In this document: positions 36,499 through 49,367 of the stretch, in pieces
Layout of the letters: every line of letters starts with the position of its first letter
Numbering within the stretch: position 1 is the stretch's first letter
NCBI GenBank assembly: GCA_010093605.1
Contig: MU004187.1
Location: forward strand, 1-64,000
Direction of reading: 5' to 3'
From: Lophium mytilinum
Taxonomy: Eukaryota
Length of the DNA: 64,000 nucleotides
Position numbers and translations under genes: made by a program
Notes under the pieces: generated by a model
Told to the model about the DNA's origin: nothing
What the model saw: only the letters and a program-made list of their open reading frames with translations
Databases searched by the model: none

Positions 36499-38261
36499 TC
36501 ATCCCGCTCGAATGATCAAATCCCGAACAGCTTCGTTCCATGCCTCTTCCATCCTTTTCTCAGCATCGTGTCCATATGCCCACCATTGTGTGACTGGATC
36601 GCTCCATTGATTTGCACTCTTGGTAAACGGAGAACCTACAACCTCGGCGGCCATAGAAGCATCTCTCGCTCTTTGCTCTGGGCCGTCCGCAAAGTGCCAA
36701 ATCAGTCCGTTTACCGTGCTAGCATTCTGCATGTCGCTGCTTCTCTTGATACGTTCCTTTTCAAATGCTCGCATCGCGAATGGGAGTTCTTCGAGAGTAG
36801 AGATACAATTCAGGACGACAGCAAGGGCGGCACTATCTTCGACGGCCATGGCGGCACCTTGTGACATGTAAGGCAGCATAGCATGAGCAGCATCGCCGAG
36901 GATTACCAATTTTGCTGAGGGTGAAGTCCAAGAATTTAGCTGTTTTCCGACTTTCAATGGCCATTTTACGGATTCATCGATCAGGGAGATGATCTTGGTC
37001 AACCTGAGAAAGCTTGATCAGCTAGTTAGGTAATAATCTGAGTTCATGATATCTACTTACTGAGGATCCCATCCGCTGAATTCTTTTTGAATGTGTTCTT
37101 TCGCAAACCTTTCGGTCCAGGTCGCCGGTTCAGAGTGGTCAATGTGGGATAAAACCATGTTGAATGAGTCTCCTCCGGCGATTGTATATGTCATTACATG
37201 TCTGTCCTCGCCAATCCTACGCAGCTTGTTATCAGGCTTTGTGATTCTTATAAGAGACCTCAACGGTGACTTTGGGTGAAACTGTGGCATACCAGACGTT
37301 CAGCGAAGGTTTCTCTAGAATCCAGGCAATTTCAGGATCTTTTTGCATCTTTTGGACGTCGACTGTTGCTCGATATGCAGCGAAGCCATTGAACTGAGGA
37401 TCTTGACAAAGATTTGGGTGGATAGCTTTTCGTGCCCTCGATTTAATTCCTGAATGGTCAGATGAGCCGTTGAAAATGCTGTAGATACCGGACTGCAAGG
37501 CACTCTTCAACTTACCATCAGCGGCAACCACCAAGTCTCCTTGGATAACGGAGCCATTTTCCAGCACAATTGTTGAATGCTCTTCATGATACTGAACGAC
37601 CCTAGACTCTAATTCCACCAATACACCTAAGTCTAACGCTCGTTGGTGCAGAGCTTCATGAACGTGAGCGCGATGGACCACGTAATAAGGTACCTCGAAA
37701 TCTTCTTGAAACGACTTCCCGAGAGCGGTATAACCTATGGTTTGGCCGTTTTCCCACCTTCGAAAGTTGATGCCCTCTGGTTTGACTGCCAGTTTTTCCA
37801 AATACTCAAAAACTCCCCATCGGTGGAGCAATCGTCCGGAATTTGGAGGGATCTGAATCCCTGCTCCGACCTATTTGAATGCATGAATTGGCGTCCGCTT
37901 TCGAGAAATCATAGGAGGTGGGACCTACTTCTCCAAGCTTTGATGACTGCTCCAGTACTCGCACCGAGTGTCCTCTTCGAGCTAGAGCGATTGCAAGAGA
38001 AAGCCCGCCAAGTCCTGCTCCGACAATAACGATGTTCAATCTGAGGCGTGCTGGTGTTGGATGACTGGAAGAGAGCGATTCTTGCGGCGAAGTTACTCTG
38101 TCTTTCAGATTCTGAAGGAATCGTAACGACTGAGATGGATACGAAATTGTCAGACTTGGCTGGGAGTGACGTGCGATAGCCTGCTGACTTCTTTTGGGAC
38201 CATTAATGGCAGGCGCAGGGCCATACATCATGGACGTATGTTCTTCCTCTGCCTGAAGCAT
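36499..38261 (-). CDS. FAD-dependent monooxygenase (salicylate hydroxylase / 3-hydroxybenzoate 6-hydroxylase-like), multi-exon; start uncertain
   Basis: IVGAGLGGL FAD-binding motif, EVGAGIQIPPNS (spliced), VAADG|IKS, LGDAAHAMLPYMSQGAAMAVED. Confidence 0.9.
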
Positions 38262-38679
38262 AGCGGCTGGCGTCAGTCCCAAATGGCTTGCTCGAGGGGA
38301 GTGTTTGATTGGGATCGTGCAAGAAGTGAAGAGGTGCAAAGTGCGTCATCGAATCTGAAGAAATATAGATAGCAGTATCATCAATCTATGGCTGGCTCAG
38401 GATACATCTGAGCTTGTTCACGCGCCGCTAGCAGTGCGCCAGCGGGGAGGAAGGACAATGTGCTAGTCCTCCCAGCCGCAGATCCCGCAGCCGCGGAAGC
38501 AAGCCCCCGAAATACATCCACTCCGTCCAAAGAAGGCTTCAAACTAATACGTTGCTGTGATATTCTAGATTGTATTATCAGCTTGCGTCATATGCTAAGC
38601 GATTTGCTTGTAAACTTCAGAAGAGTGGAAGTCTCTGTCAAATTGCTTGCGAATCTGATACATAAAGTCGATGAAACAG

Positions 38680-39158
38680 CTATGAAATCTCGTAGACGTC
38701 GATTATAACGCGTTTTGGAAGCTTTGGAGGACGAAGATCTCCAGGAAAACAAGTACTGTTCAACCAATCTACTGGTCCAGGGGCAACTTCGAATCTCGGA
38801 AATGTCTTTGTGTACCACGCCGCGCCCCCATCCTTCATTGACGCCTTTGACGGGTCGTCTTCAAATACCTCCCACATCGTCTCCTGACTTGCTCTGCCGT
38901 ATCGTTCGCTGGTCACGTTGACGAGAGTCCCAGCTTCAGCTTCGATTGTGTACTTGGCAAAAACGTCGACCACACCATCTGCTCTAGCAGCGTTCCAATC
39001 CCCCCACGCGAGAGAATCTTCCCTTTAGTTTTGGGTCCATCGGATCGCCTCCCAGTGATCGGGATAAACCTTCTTTCACCCGCAGCAGTTTTGCCAAATT
39101 GATGGGGAGGAGCTAGATCGACACGTAAAGTGAAAGCGTATTCAAGCCTTAGCGTCAT
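38680..39158 (-). pseudogene. DUF3237/UPF0311-family gene with a 1-bp frameshift (or sequencing error)
   Basis: ERRFIPITG...GKIL in one frame and DWNAARADGVV...KYTIE...PRFEV...WLN in another. A G6 run at 39000-39005 needs 7 G to join the two frames. Confidence 0.75.
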
Positions 39159-39433
39159 GACTGCTGGTAGTTTTTCGGCGCAGAAGGTGTGGCCAAAGTT
39201 AGGGTTCTGTTTGTAATGCTCGAAAGTGTAATAGTGAGAGTCAGTGCGATGATATAGCGTGGTACATTGGTCAGTATTATATTCATGCGGCCTAGCCTGC
39301 TCATCATCAGTGTCAGCCTGGGTGAGTCGGATCGATAGGTCTTGACTCAGTAGACAGTATGAATGGATGATCTAATCTCGAGTTCGAATGGGCCGTCACC
39401 GGCTGGCGCGAAATGCCGATGTTTCGTGTGACT

Positions 39434-39448
39434 CTTAACTCCCCGAAT
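39434..39448 (+). promoter_or_regulatory. Second copy of CTTAACTCCCCGAAT in the DUF3237/MFS divergent promoter
   Basis: Identical to 28355-28369; an adjacent partial copy CTCCCCGAA at ~39458. Confidence 0.55.
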
Positions 39449-39780
39449 TCCTCCAATCTCCCCGAACCCCCTGGGGAGAAGCGAGTACTAGTGCTCCAGC
39501 TCCAATAGCAATCCTAGCGTTGCTATCCCCTGGAATGGCCAAAAGCCACGCAAGCCTTCTCCACATGAAAAGCTGGGGAATGAGGAGAAGAAAGCTAAAC
39601 ATGCTGCGTTTTCAGTGCGAGCGAGTTATTCCTTTTTGGTCGAGTTATCGGAGCGGGAGATATCAGCGGCAAATGTAGATCATGCATTGTAAGTATAAAT
39701 CTTTAATGTCACTTTTTGCATCTCCTCTGATTTACAGCCGTTTCTTCCCAATCCCTGCTAGATTCATCATACCTCCGAAG

Positions 39781-41566
39781 ATGTTGACGACTGACTCCAA
39801 CAAAGCCACCGAAATACGGCAGGCCGCCGCCAAACACCATGGTTTACCTCTCCTTCCACGTCCCACCGATGACGAGAGAGATCCCCTGCGATGGCCTCGA
39901 AGTCTGAAGCTAGCTGCACTTATTGCAACAGCCTTTGTCAACTTCACGGCCAATTTTGCTGGCGCGGGACTTTCGGTTGCATCTCCAGTGTTACAAGCGC
40001 AATTCCACAAAACACCAAATCAGGTCAACAGTCTGCTGACCGTGAGTCTTACTTCAGCGCATTGAATGTGTTTCAGCTCTAACTACCCCCTTAGTTCAAC
40101 TTCCTGCTTCTCGGAGTTGGAAACCTCTTCTGGGTACCGCTTGGCGTCAAGTTTGGCAAACGAGCATCGCTTCTCATCTCCACCTTGATACTCTTTGCTG
40201 TACTCGTTTGGACCGCAAAGGAAACAGCATTCGCTGGCTTGTTAGCTGCAAGATGCTTGTCAGGTTTTGCATCAGCGGCCGGAGAAGTGAGAGTTTCCGG
40301 TATAGACATGCCGCAAAGCTGACTCCATCGCAGAGTATTGTCCCCAGCATTGTCACCGACATCTTCTTTCTTCACGAACATGCCGCTATGATGTCTTGGT
40401 AAGTTGTTTGGCTCCAACTTAGTGCGACAACCACTGATCAATGCTCAAGGTATACAATCCTCGTCTCCAGTGCTACGGCGATTGGTCCCCTCGTGGCATC
40501 GTTTATCGTACAATATAGCCGTGGTGGATGGGTTGATTACGTATGGGTTTGTGCCGCGCTTGCTGGTGCGAACACCGTGGCGATCTACTTCTTATATCCA
40601 GAGTCCAACTTCAACAGACCGAAAGAACCGCTACATCGCGTCTCGGTAACAGGTGAGGACGCAGACAAAGTCCAGGTTGTGAAAACGGAAACCATTTCTC
40701 GCCATCGTGTTAGCGTGGTATCCAAGTCTTGGTTCAGTATCTGGACGAGCGTATTCACCATCAATCGTGAAATCAATATATTGGAGGTGGCATTGCGTCC
40801 ATTAAAGATGCTTCTTCGGCCAAGTGTTCTCCTAGCTACATTCATCTATGGAACCAGTCTTGCATCTCAGATTATTCTCATGTAAGCTGATCTGGATGAT
40901 TATGCGGTAAGACGGGCGCTGACGGCTGCAGATTCGCATTCCCAAGTTTGCTCCTTGCGCCGCCGTATCTATTTTCTAGTAGTCAGGTCGGACTCATGCA
41001 GATTGCGGCGATAATTGGGTTCTCGATTGGCTGCTTTGCTGGCGGTTATATTGCTGATATCATCACCGCAGTAGTGATCAGAAGGCAGACGGGTAATGTG
41101 TATCCGGAGCAACGGCTGGTAGCGCTCATTCCTGGTTGTCTGGTCGCCCCAGCTGGATGCATTCTTATCGCTTTCGCCTGCTCTGACAAGTTGCACTGGG
41201 TTGCGATCGCATTTGGATTTGGCATGGGTACGTATCAATCCGGTCGCCTTAGGCCTCGGCCACTCTAATTTGCTCGCAGTTTCATTCGGGACGATATACG
41301 CTCCCAATATTGCCATTACTTACGTCGTCGAGTGCTATCCTAGAGTTGTTGCAGAGTGTCTAGTTGCGATAAATGTCTTCAAGAATCTTGTCGCATTCCT
41401 GTTTCTGTATACTGCTGTGGACTGGGTTGCTTCAAGCGGTTGGACTCAGGTATACATGATTATGTTCATGCTAGTTTCGCTCAGCATGCTTTTGGCCATT
41501 CCGTTCTACTTCTTTGGGCCGAAGTGGAGAGGACAGGTTGACATATCCAACGTGAGTGAGGAGTGA
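39781..41566 (+). CDS. MFS transporter (HOL1-like), multi-exon
   Basis: PRPTDDERDPLRWP; GNLFWVPLGVKFGKR; DIFFLHEH; PEQRL; TYVVECYP. Confidence 0.9.
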
Positions 41567-42092
41567 AGGATTCCGAGATTCTCAAGATCTTGAATTATAT
41601 CTTTCCGTATCTTGAATAATATCGCATATTTACATATATATTACCTTCTGCTCAGAGGTCCTTGTGGAGTCATCTTGATAAGAAGTCATCTTTCAGTCTC
41701 GGTCGTCTCATGTCGTCGCACGGCGCTGTTTCGCACTGCCATATTGCGGTGTATCCCCAAGCCTGAGCTTGCTTTTGGACAGACGGTGATCAATGACGGT
41801 GCATGCACGAGCGATGCAATGGGCTCCTTGAACGGCCTGGACGAAGACTAGCGCAATGACTGAGGCAAAAGAATCAAGCGTAACATCAAATTTTCAGCGT
41901 GATGAGGGCAGGACTATGCTGAAGGATACCACTGTTCAGAATAGCCTCATGTGTTGGAGACACATCTTCAAGAACATGACGATAGTGACAAGACACAGTT
42001 TCGATTCCATATGTTCAGTGGGCGTATTAAACCCCAAAGAGCCTTGCTCACGCGCAAGAAAATCTTTTTGAAGTTGCCAAACGTTTGAAAGC

Positions 42093-42524
42093 CTAATTCT
42101 CCTTATACGCCGCCTGAACCTGCACCTCCACTAACGCCTCGTCAGGAAACAGCGCCAGCACGCAAATCGCGGCCCAAGCCGGCTTGTTCTTCCCAAAGAA
42201 TCTTCTCGCTAGTGACGCAAGCTGCTGCTGCTGCTCCTTCGTCAACTTTCCTACATGGAAACTCGTCATGTTGAATACGCCCGCCCAGAGCTCCTCGGGG
42301 TCTTTGATGTGAGGTGAGGCGGCGGCGAGCGAGCGCTGGATGTTGGTGAGGGACTTTTCGAACTGTTCGGCGTGCGTACCCCATTGAGGAGAATGGTTGT
42401 CGGCAATCTGCCCGCTGGTGGCAACTATGCGGCAGCCTGGGGGAAAGGAGGCGGCGGCGGAGATGTTGAAGACGTTGCCTAGAACTTCGTAGCCGGGGTA
42501 GTCATGGTTGGATATTGCGGACAT
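42093..42524 (-). CDS. YjgF/YER057c/UK114 (Rid) family protein, Trp-type lacking the catalytic Arg
   Basis: SGQIA, QFEKSLTNI, PAWAAICVLALFPDEALVEVQVQA. Confidence 0.85.
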   Translation of the reverse strand: MSAISNHDYPGYEVLGNVFNISAAASFPPGCRIVATSGQIADNHSPQWGTHAEQFEKSLTNIQRSLAAASPHIKDPEELWAGVFNMTSFHVGKLTKEQQQQLASLARRFFGKNKPAWAAICVLALFPDEALVEVQVQAAYKEN

Positions 42525-43198
42525 CGTTCACCCCTTGATGCTGGAAGTTTTGTCGCGGTTCTAGGAGCTACTGGGAGAGTAGTGAAGGATTTGGAGAGAT
42601 TGAAGCGAATAGACGAGGAAGATGATGGGAAGGACTAAACTGGAGCGTGGTGGAAGTGGTTGATATATTTCATATGGCACTATCTTCTGGCTCATGCGCA
42701 CTTGCTTTTACGAATCCTAGAGAAAACACATTCTCAGCACTTAGGGCCTATAAATATATCTATCTCGGCAGAAAAGTAAAAGATGTGTTGCAGTAGGAAA
42801 GCATCTACAACGAGGGATGATGGACCGGATCGAGGTTAGCGGCAGTCTAACCGCCTTAGGGCAATATCTGAGCAATACCTCCTCAACTATGCGCGTCGAT
42901 AAGCACCATGTCGTCCATGCATGTCGAAGCAGCTCGTGTTATCGCATCCAGGATGGCGGCCCAAGTCTGCTGGGGGTACATGCGGGAGTCTCAATGCGGC
43001 CAACGGGTTAGAAAACTGTCTCCAGCATCAAGGCAGTTGGGTGCGGAGTAAGTATTTGGACGACGTCTTCTCATACGCCTTCTTAGACAGCATACAGCAT
43101 CTACAACTGAGCCAATATATCAACTCACAACCGCTTCATTTTCTCTTTCGATCATCGAATTCTTCTCTCTCCACCGTCCCATATCATCAATCGTCAGT

Positions 43199-44193
43199 AT
43201 GCCCGGCACGAAAAACGCCCCCCACCTCACCAGCCTCCCCTCCGGCACTCCAATCCCAGACATCCTCTCCATTCTATACCGCGATGGAGCCGTCCGCGTC
43301 ACTTCCCTCATTTCCCCCGACCAGATCACTCAAGTCGCAGCAGAGCTCAAACCCCACATGGACGCCGACTACAACAGCGGCCTCAACGTCTTCGCCAAGC
43401 AAACAAAAACGGTATGCGGCCTTGCGGGGAAGTCTTCGACTGTGGCCACCGCAATCCTCCAGCAGCCGACGATTCGCGCGTTGGTAGACGACGCCCTGAC
43501 CGTGACGACGGAGAGCTGGTGGGGGGACAGCAGGAACACCTGCGTGAGCCCGCCGCTACTTAGTAGCTGTTTTGCAGTACGTGTGGGACCCGGGAGTGCG
43601 AGGCAGGGCCTACATCGCGATGATCAGGACCATCACGCTACGCATCGGAACGCGGATCCAAGGGAGACGACGAAGCTGGGATGTATCGTTGCGAGTAAGT
43701 GAGCTGGCGAGCTAGCGAACCACTGACTAGCAATCGTTGTGAACGACGAAGCTATAGTCTAAAAGAACTGAAAAGACTAAGCTTTATCGCAGTATCAAAA
43801 GTCACGAAGGAAAATGGCGCTACCGAAGTCGTCCCCCGCTCACACATCTGGGACGATGCCCGCAAGCCCGTCTACCCCGACGAAGTGACCTATGCCGAGA
43901 TGGAGCCTGGTGACGCCGTTTTCATCCTGGGCAACTGCTATCATGCGGCCGGCGCAAATGTGACTGAGGATTCGTTCCGCAGCGTCATCGTGACTCTCTT
44001 TTGCAAGGGCGTTTATCGGAGCGAGGAGAATCAGTTCCTCGCTGTGGACCGCGAGACTGCGAAGAAGCTACCGTATGATGTGCAGGATTTGATCGGATGG
44101 AAGGCGTCTGCACCGTTCTGTGGTTGGCATGATTTGAGCAATCCGAGTGATCTGATTCGGGAGGATGTGGGAATCAATAAGGATCTTTTCTGA
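43199..44193 (+). CDS. PhyH-family Fe(II)/2-oxoglutarate dioxygenase (intron 43695-43792)
   Basis: LYRDGAV, VGPGSARQGLHRDD (HxD), TKENGATEVVPRSH, YHAAGAN, RSEENQFL. Confidence 0.92.
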
Positions 44194-44672
44194 CCTAAAG
44201 AAGCAAATTTGCAGTTTAGCTCTCCGAGTAATCAACTTCTTCTCTATATGTTTGTGTGCTTGGATGAAATCCTTCAACACGTAAGGATCGCGCAAAGCCA
44301 TCATCAGGGCCTCTCGGTATCTACCTTCGATCTGCATGTTCTCTTCTCCATCAAACTTCTACATCCTTTCCACGCCCTAACGTATCTCGCTATCTTGGGG
44401 CCTACTCGAGTTTCTTCCGATAAGTTTTAGCTACTTTTAGTAAAAGGCATACGGATTAGACCGCTTCATAGAGCTTTTAGAGGTTGTGTGATGTGGTCGT
44501 TGGTACACCACGTAAGACTCCGAAAGAAAATCTGTGCAAATTCAAGACTCATAGTGTGCGATGCTGCTGTAGTGTTATCACGACTCGGAAGACCCTCACA
44601 AGAGTGCAAGAAACCAGTTGCGGTGTAGATGTTCCTGGTCCCTAAATCAAAGTCCCCAATCTCCTTTTGACC

Positions 44673-46503
44673 CTATTTCGCCAGACCCATATTCCCTTTC
44701 CTCTCCACGTCTAACCCTTCCCCTCCCCTCATCGCCAGCGCCTCCTCAATCCCCTCAATGTGAATCTCAGGCCCCACGAAACTCTTTCTCTTCCCACCAA
44801 ACCACGCACCCGCAACAATCGCCACAATCCCCGCAACCACCACGCTCACATAATTCATTGTTTGGGGTGTTGTAGGGGTGAAGACGGGGAAGCAAAACAG
44901 CACAGTATATAGCGACACCCAGGCGACGCTAAACGCGTTGCACAGCGGGCCAAAAACGGGCCCCAGACTGAAGTGGCGCGTGGACGGAAGGAGGGATCGT
45001 CCGCGAAGGAGCAAAATGCCTTGCGGGGCGGCGTAGGTTACGTTGAGGGAAAGGATGGACATGGAGATGAAGGAGTTGAAGGCGGTCGTGCTGCCGACAT
45101 AGATCGCTCCATAGAGAATGATGGCCACGGCGCAAATCGCGGTGGCGTTGATCGGGACAGCGAAAGTTGTGTTCACGCGAGCGAAAGTGGGAGAGAAAGG
45201 GAGCCCGTTGTCGCGCGCGAAAGCCCAGGCGAGGCGTCCAGTCGTCGCAATGCAGGAGATGACAGCTCCGAAGTAGATCCACAGGTACCAGCACATGAAG
45301 AAAGTGGCTGCGGAGTGATTGTTGAGGGCTTGGGAGTAGACGGTCAAGATGGGCAATGCGGAGGCTGAGACAGCGGTGAGGTCGGTGGTGCTGAACATGA
45401 AGGCGATGGTCCAAAGAAAGGAGGTAACGATGCCGATGATCATGGTGTACAGAATGACGCGGGGAATGTTGCGGCCAGGGTCGGGTAGTTCCTATAGCAG
45501 TCTTCGTCAGCAGTCTGAGAGGTTTGATATGGAAGACTTGAAAGCTTACCTCTGCCATATGCGTTCCTGCGTCTGTGGCAACGAAGGTGTACATGGCTTG
45601 CCCAACGCCAAGCATAAAGGCCATCCCATTGCTCCATCCAGTCTGATTAACGTACTCGGTGAACACGACACGAGATGACTGTCTTCCGTGAGAGACCGCC
45701 AGACATGTGATGAAGAAGACGCAGAAAGCCGTGATGTTGCAGATGAAGAAAGCAATTTCGCCCTTCGGAATCGCTCGTGGAAGGAAGCAGACTATGGCGG
45801 TTGACAGTATCATGACGAGAACGTACACTAGGTAGACCTGCCATTGTGTTGCGACGTAGGTGGGGTTGAAGAAAGTTGCCAGGTTTCCGATCATTTGAGC
45901 TGCTTCATGTCAATTTGACATTGCAGTGGGGAGACGAGAGATTCTTACCGCAGAATATACTTGCAGATGCTGTAGTCAGGCACCAAGCAATAACGCTCAG
46001 CCAACCCATAATGAAAGCCGCAACGGCGCGATGTTTCTCTGACGACACCATGTAGGCGAAATGATACTGGCCTCCACTAGAAGGATATGCAGACGCCAAC
46101 TCAGCTAGCCCAGCATCTATTGAAAAGTCAGGATACCAAATCATCTTCCTATCCAACCCGAAACATACTGATGAGCGAGCAGGCAACGGCAGCAACAAGG
46201 AGGCCAAAGAAGACACCCGGGCCACCCCCGCAAAGAAGAGGTGTGATGAAGACTACACCGATGCATCAATTAGCCCCCAGATCGGTAAAGGTGGTTGAAT
46301 CACTCACCAGCAGAGTATCCGATCCATGAGTTCGTAATACTGAAGGCCAGCGAGAGCATGGCAAGCGTGGAAAACTGTCGTGGCAGCTCTCCCTTGTGGC
46401 CTTGCGCCCTGAGCAGCAGTTCATCGGCAGAGATTACTTCTTCAGACATGATGGAGGTTACTACATGTCCGTCTCCTGGCTTGGATCCTACGGTCGTCGC
46501 CAT
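44673..46503 (-). CDS. APC-superfamily amino acid/choline/GABA permease, multi-exon
   Basis: QGHKGELPRQFS, LAELASAYPSSGGQYH, THMAEE, RLAWAFARDNGLPFS, MNYVSVV. Confidence 0.93.
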
Positions 46504-47468
46504 ACGTCAGACTACAAAGTGTCGTATCTTGTGATAGTCGGTAACGGTCCCTCAAGAAGGCCTTCGCTGGCCAGAGACTGCTGTGCGCGCAAGAAAATTG
46601 AGAACAATAGCTTAGCGCATAGCAAAAGTCCGATTAAATAGTCAAGGTATGGACAAGATGAAAGGTAGAATAGGTCTTAATAGTCCATCGAAAGATGAAG
46701 TAGACTTCGAAACTCAATGCGAAGTCACCCCTCGCGTCTTAAGTATCTCCACACCCCAGATCTATGATAGACAGATCTGCCAATTGGTGCATTCGATAAG
46801 CCAGGGACAAGAAAGCTTGGGGATTTTGGTGGTAGATGTGGGTGAGTAGATTGACAGGAACCGCCAGGGCGATTTTACCAGCCACCTGCATGCGATGCCC
46901 CCACAGCTCAGACTACTTCCCGACATAGCCAGGTGATAAGGCCTGCATGGCAATCTATTCCACCGGCATTTCTGAGGGTATGCACCCCGAGTTCACGGGT
47001 GGCTGCAAGTCGCGGAGAGGTAGCCGCTGGTACGAAGTAGTTTCGGCACACCAGCTTATCTGTATACCAGATGCCGTTAGCACTCCCGAGTACGTGGTCG
47101 GCCCGTCTGCCCCAGTTACATCCCGGCAGTTCCACGGGATGAACGTTCCCTGATAATGCGGGAAGGAGGATGGATACTGAAGGCACTTCAATCGGCTGCG
47201 AGGTGCCGAAGGCATTGCTAGTTCTGGTCGCACACATCGAAGTACCCGCCAGAAGAGTGAGTGTCTGATTGGCTGTGCTTTGTTTGAATGTCGTGAACGT
47301 TGAATATACTTCTAACACCCTCTTCGTCCCTTTTCCCTACGCCTTGATTTCGTCACTTCTTGCAGACTCATAAGCGTACTTGATGAGTTTTAGGTTTACA
47401 TACCCTATTTCGCCATCATATATTGTCAAGAGACCTGATTTTAACTCTCAAGACTCAAGCTCACGAAA

Positions 47469-49367
47469 ATGGACCGCTTCACTTCCCTCGCCTCCCGCGA
47501 ATTCGACTACATAATTTGCGGCGGTGGCACCTCTGGCAGCCTGCTTGCCTCTCGTCTCTCTAAAATCCCTAACATCACCATACTCCTCATCGAAGCAGGC
47601 CGCGACTCTAGCATCGCATCTGACGTGCTCGTCCCAGGAAAGTACATCTCACAGCTCTCCGAAGACCACGATGGGCTCTGGGAGATGCCCACGGTACCTC
47701 AAGAGCAACTCAACGGCCGCAGTCTCACTTTTCTTCGAGGGAAACAGATCGGTGGGAGTAGTGCGGTCAACTACATGGCTCTAGCAAGAGGTCCAGCAGC
47801 TGACTACGATGAGTGGGCGAAGCTGACCGGTGATGAAGGGTGGAAGTGGGACAACGTGCTTCCGTTGATGAAAGGCCTGGAAAACTTTGATCCTCGGGTT
47901 CCGGAGGGATATGAGAAATTCGCGGTGCCAGATCCTGGCAGCCATGGCGCTGGAGGGCCGCTAGCAATTTCGTTCGGGGAGCAGATGGTCCCTGGTGTTG
48001 AAACATTTATTGATGCCTGTAAGGAGAAGGGTATCCAGTTGTGCTTGGACAATAACGCCGGAGATCCGGTTGGAGTGGGGCTGGCACATTTTAACGTTGG
48101 AAACGGGCAGAGGAGTTATGCTGCGAATGCGTTCTTGGGGGCTGAGGTGCGCAGAAAGGCGAAAGGACTGACAGTACTTACAAGGACGGTTTGTGATAAA
48201 ATCCTTTTTGAGGGCAAAAAGGCGACAGGAGTGGAGTTGTTTCATGTACCAACAGGAGAAAAAGGTACGCGCGTGAAAGACGTCGACTTCCGTTTCAAAC
48301 AACTAATATAGGGACTAGTACGTGTGGACTGCAGACAGGAAATCATCCTCGCCGCTGGTGCGTTTGGTTCGCCGCAGTTACTCATGCTTTCTGGCGTTGG
48401 GCCTCGACATCACCTGGAGAGCCACGGAATACCCGTAGTGGCGGACGTTCTGGGTCTGTAACTCGCCATACCCACCCCAGAAGTACACGGCTGACGGTTT
48501 GCAGGAGTGGGCCAAAACGCTTTAGACCACTCCGTCGTAACGATCGAATACAAGGTCCGCAGCGACCTGCCTGATCATAACAGGCTATTCATAAACCCGC
48601 TCCTCCTCGCTGAAGCTGAAGCTCGGTATTCCAAAGATCGAACCGGCCCTCTCGCCGTCTTCGGCACCAGCGGTACTGTCGCGTTCCCGAAAATCAAGCA
48701 GCTCTACGAGTCGAGAGAGTTTCATGCCCTCGATACTCCGACCCAAGCATATCTCCTAGAGAAGACAAGGCCATCTGCAGAGATCTGGCTGGCTGCGGGT
48801 CCTTCTTTTTATGCCAATAAAGCGCACCCGAACGAGTCGTTCGTTACCCATGAGCTATTGCTCCAGAACAACCTATCGAAGGGAACGGTGTCTCTAAGAT
48901 CGAGTAACCCAAGAGACCTGCCGGTGATAGACCCAAAGTTTCTAGATCATCCGTTCGATCGACGAATCGCGATTGAGACCGTTAAAGAAGCGGTACGAAT
49001 CGCTCAGGCTACTGCGTATGATACGGTCATCGAAAAGATGGTCCACGGGCCTGGCAAGCAGTCCAAAGTCGCAAACATTGACGTAGACGATGAGGTCGTC
49101 CTTAATTTTGTACGAGAGAACCTTGGCCAAGGTTATCATACCATGGCCACCTGCAGGATGGGCACCAAGCATGATCCCTTAGCTGTAGTTGATTCGGAAT
49201 TCCATGTGGTAGGCGTTGAAGGCCTTCGTCTCGCTGATCTGTCGGTCTGCCCAGTCTTGACCTGCAATCATACCCAGATCAACGCATATTTGATTGGGGA
49301 AAAATGCGCGAAGATACTATTGGGGATGCATAGCTTTAGGCTGGAGACAGTAGAATCCAAGCTGTAG
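47469..49367 (+). CDS. GMC oxidoreductase (AA3_2-like, no signal peptide), 3 exons
   Basis: [49 protein letters not shown] and NHTQ (His/His catalytic pair). Confidence 0.95.
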
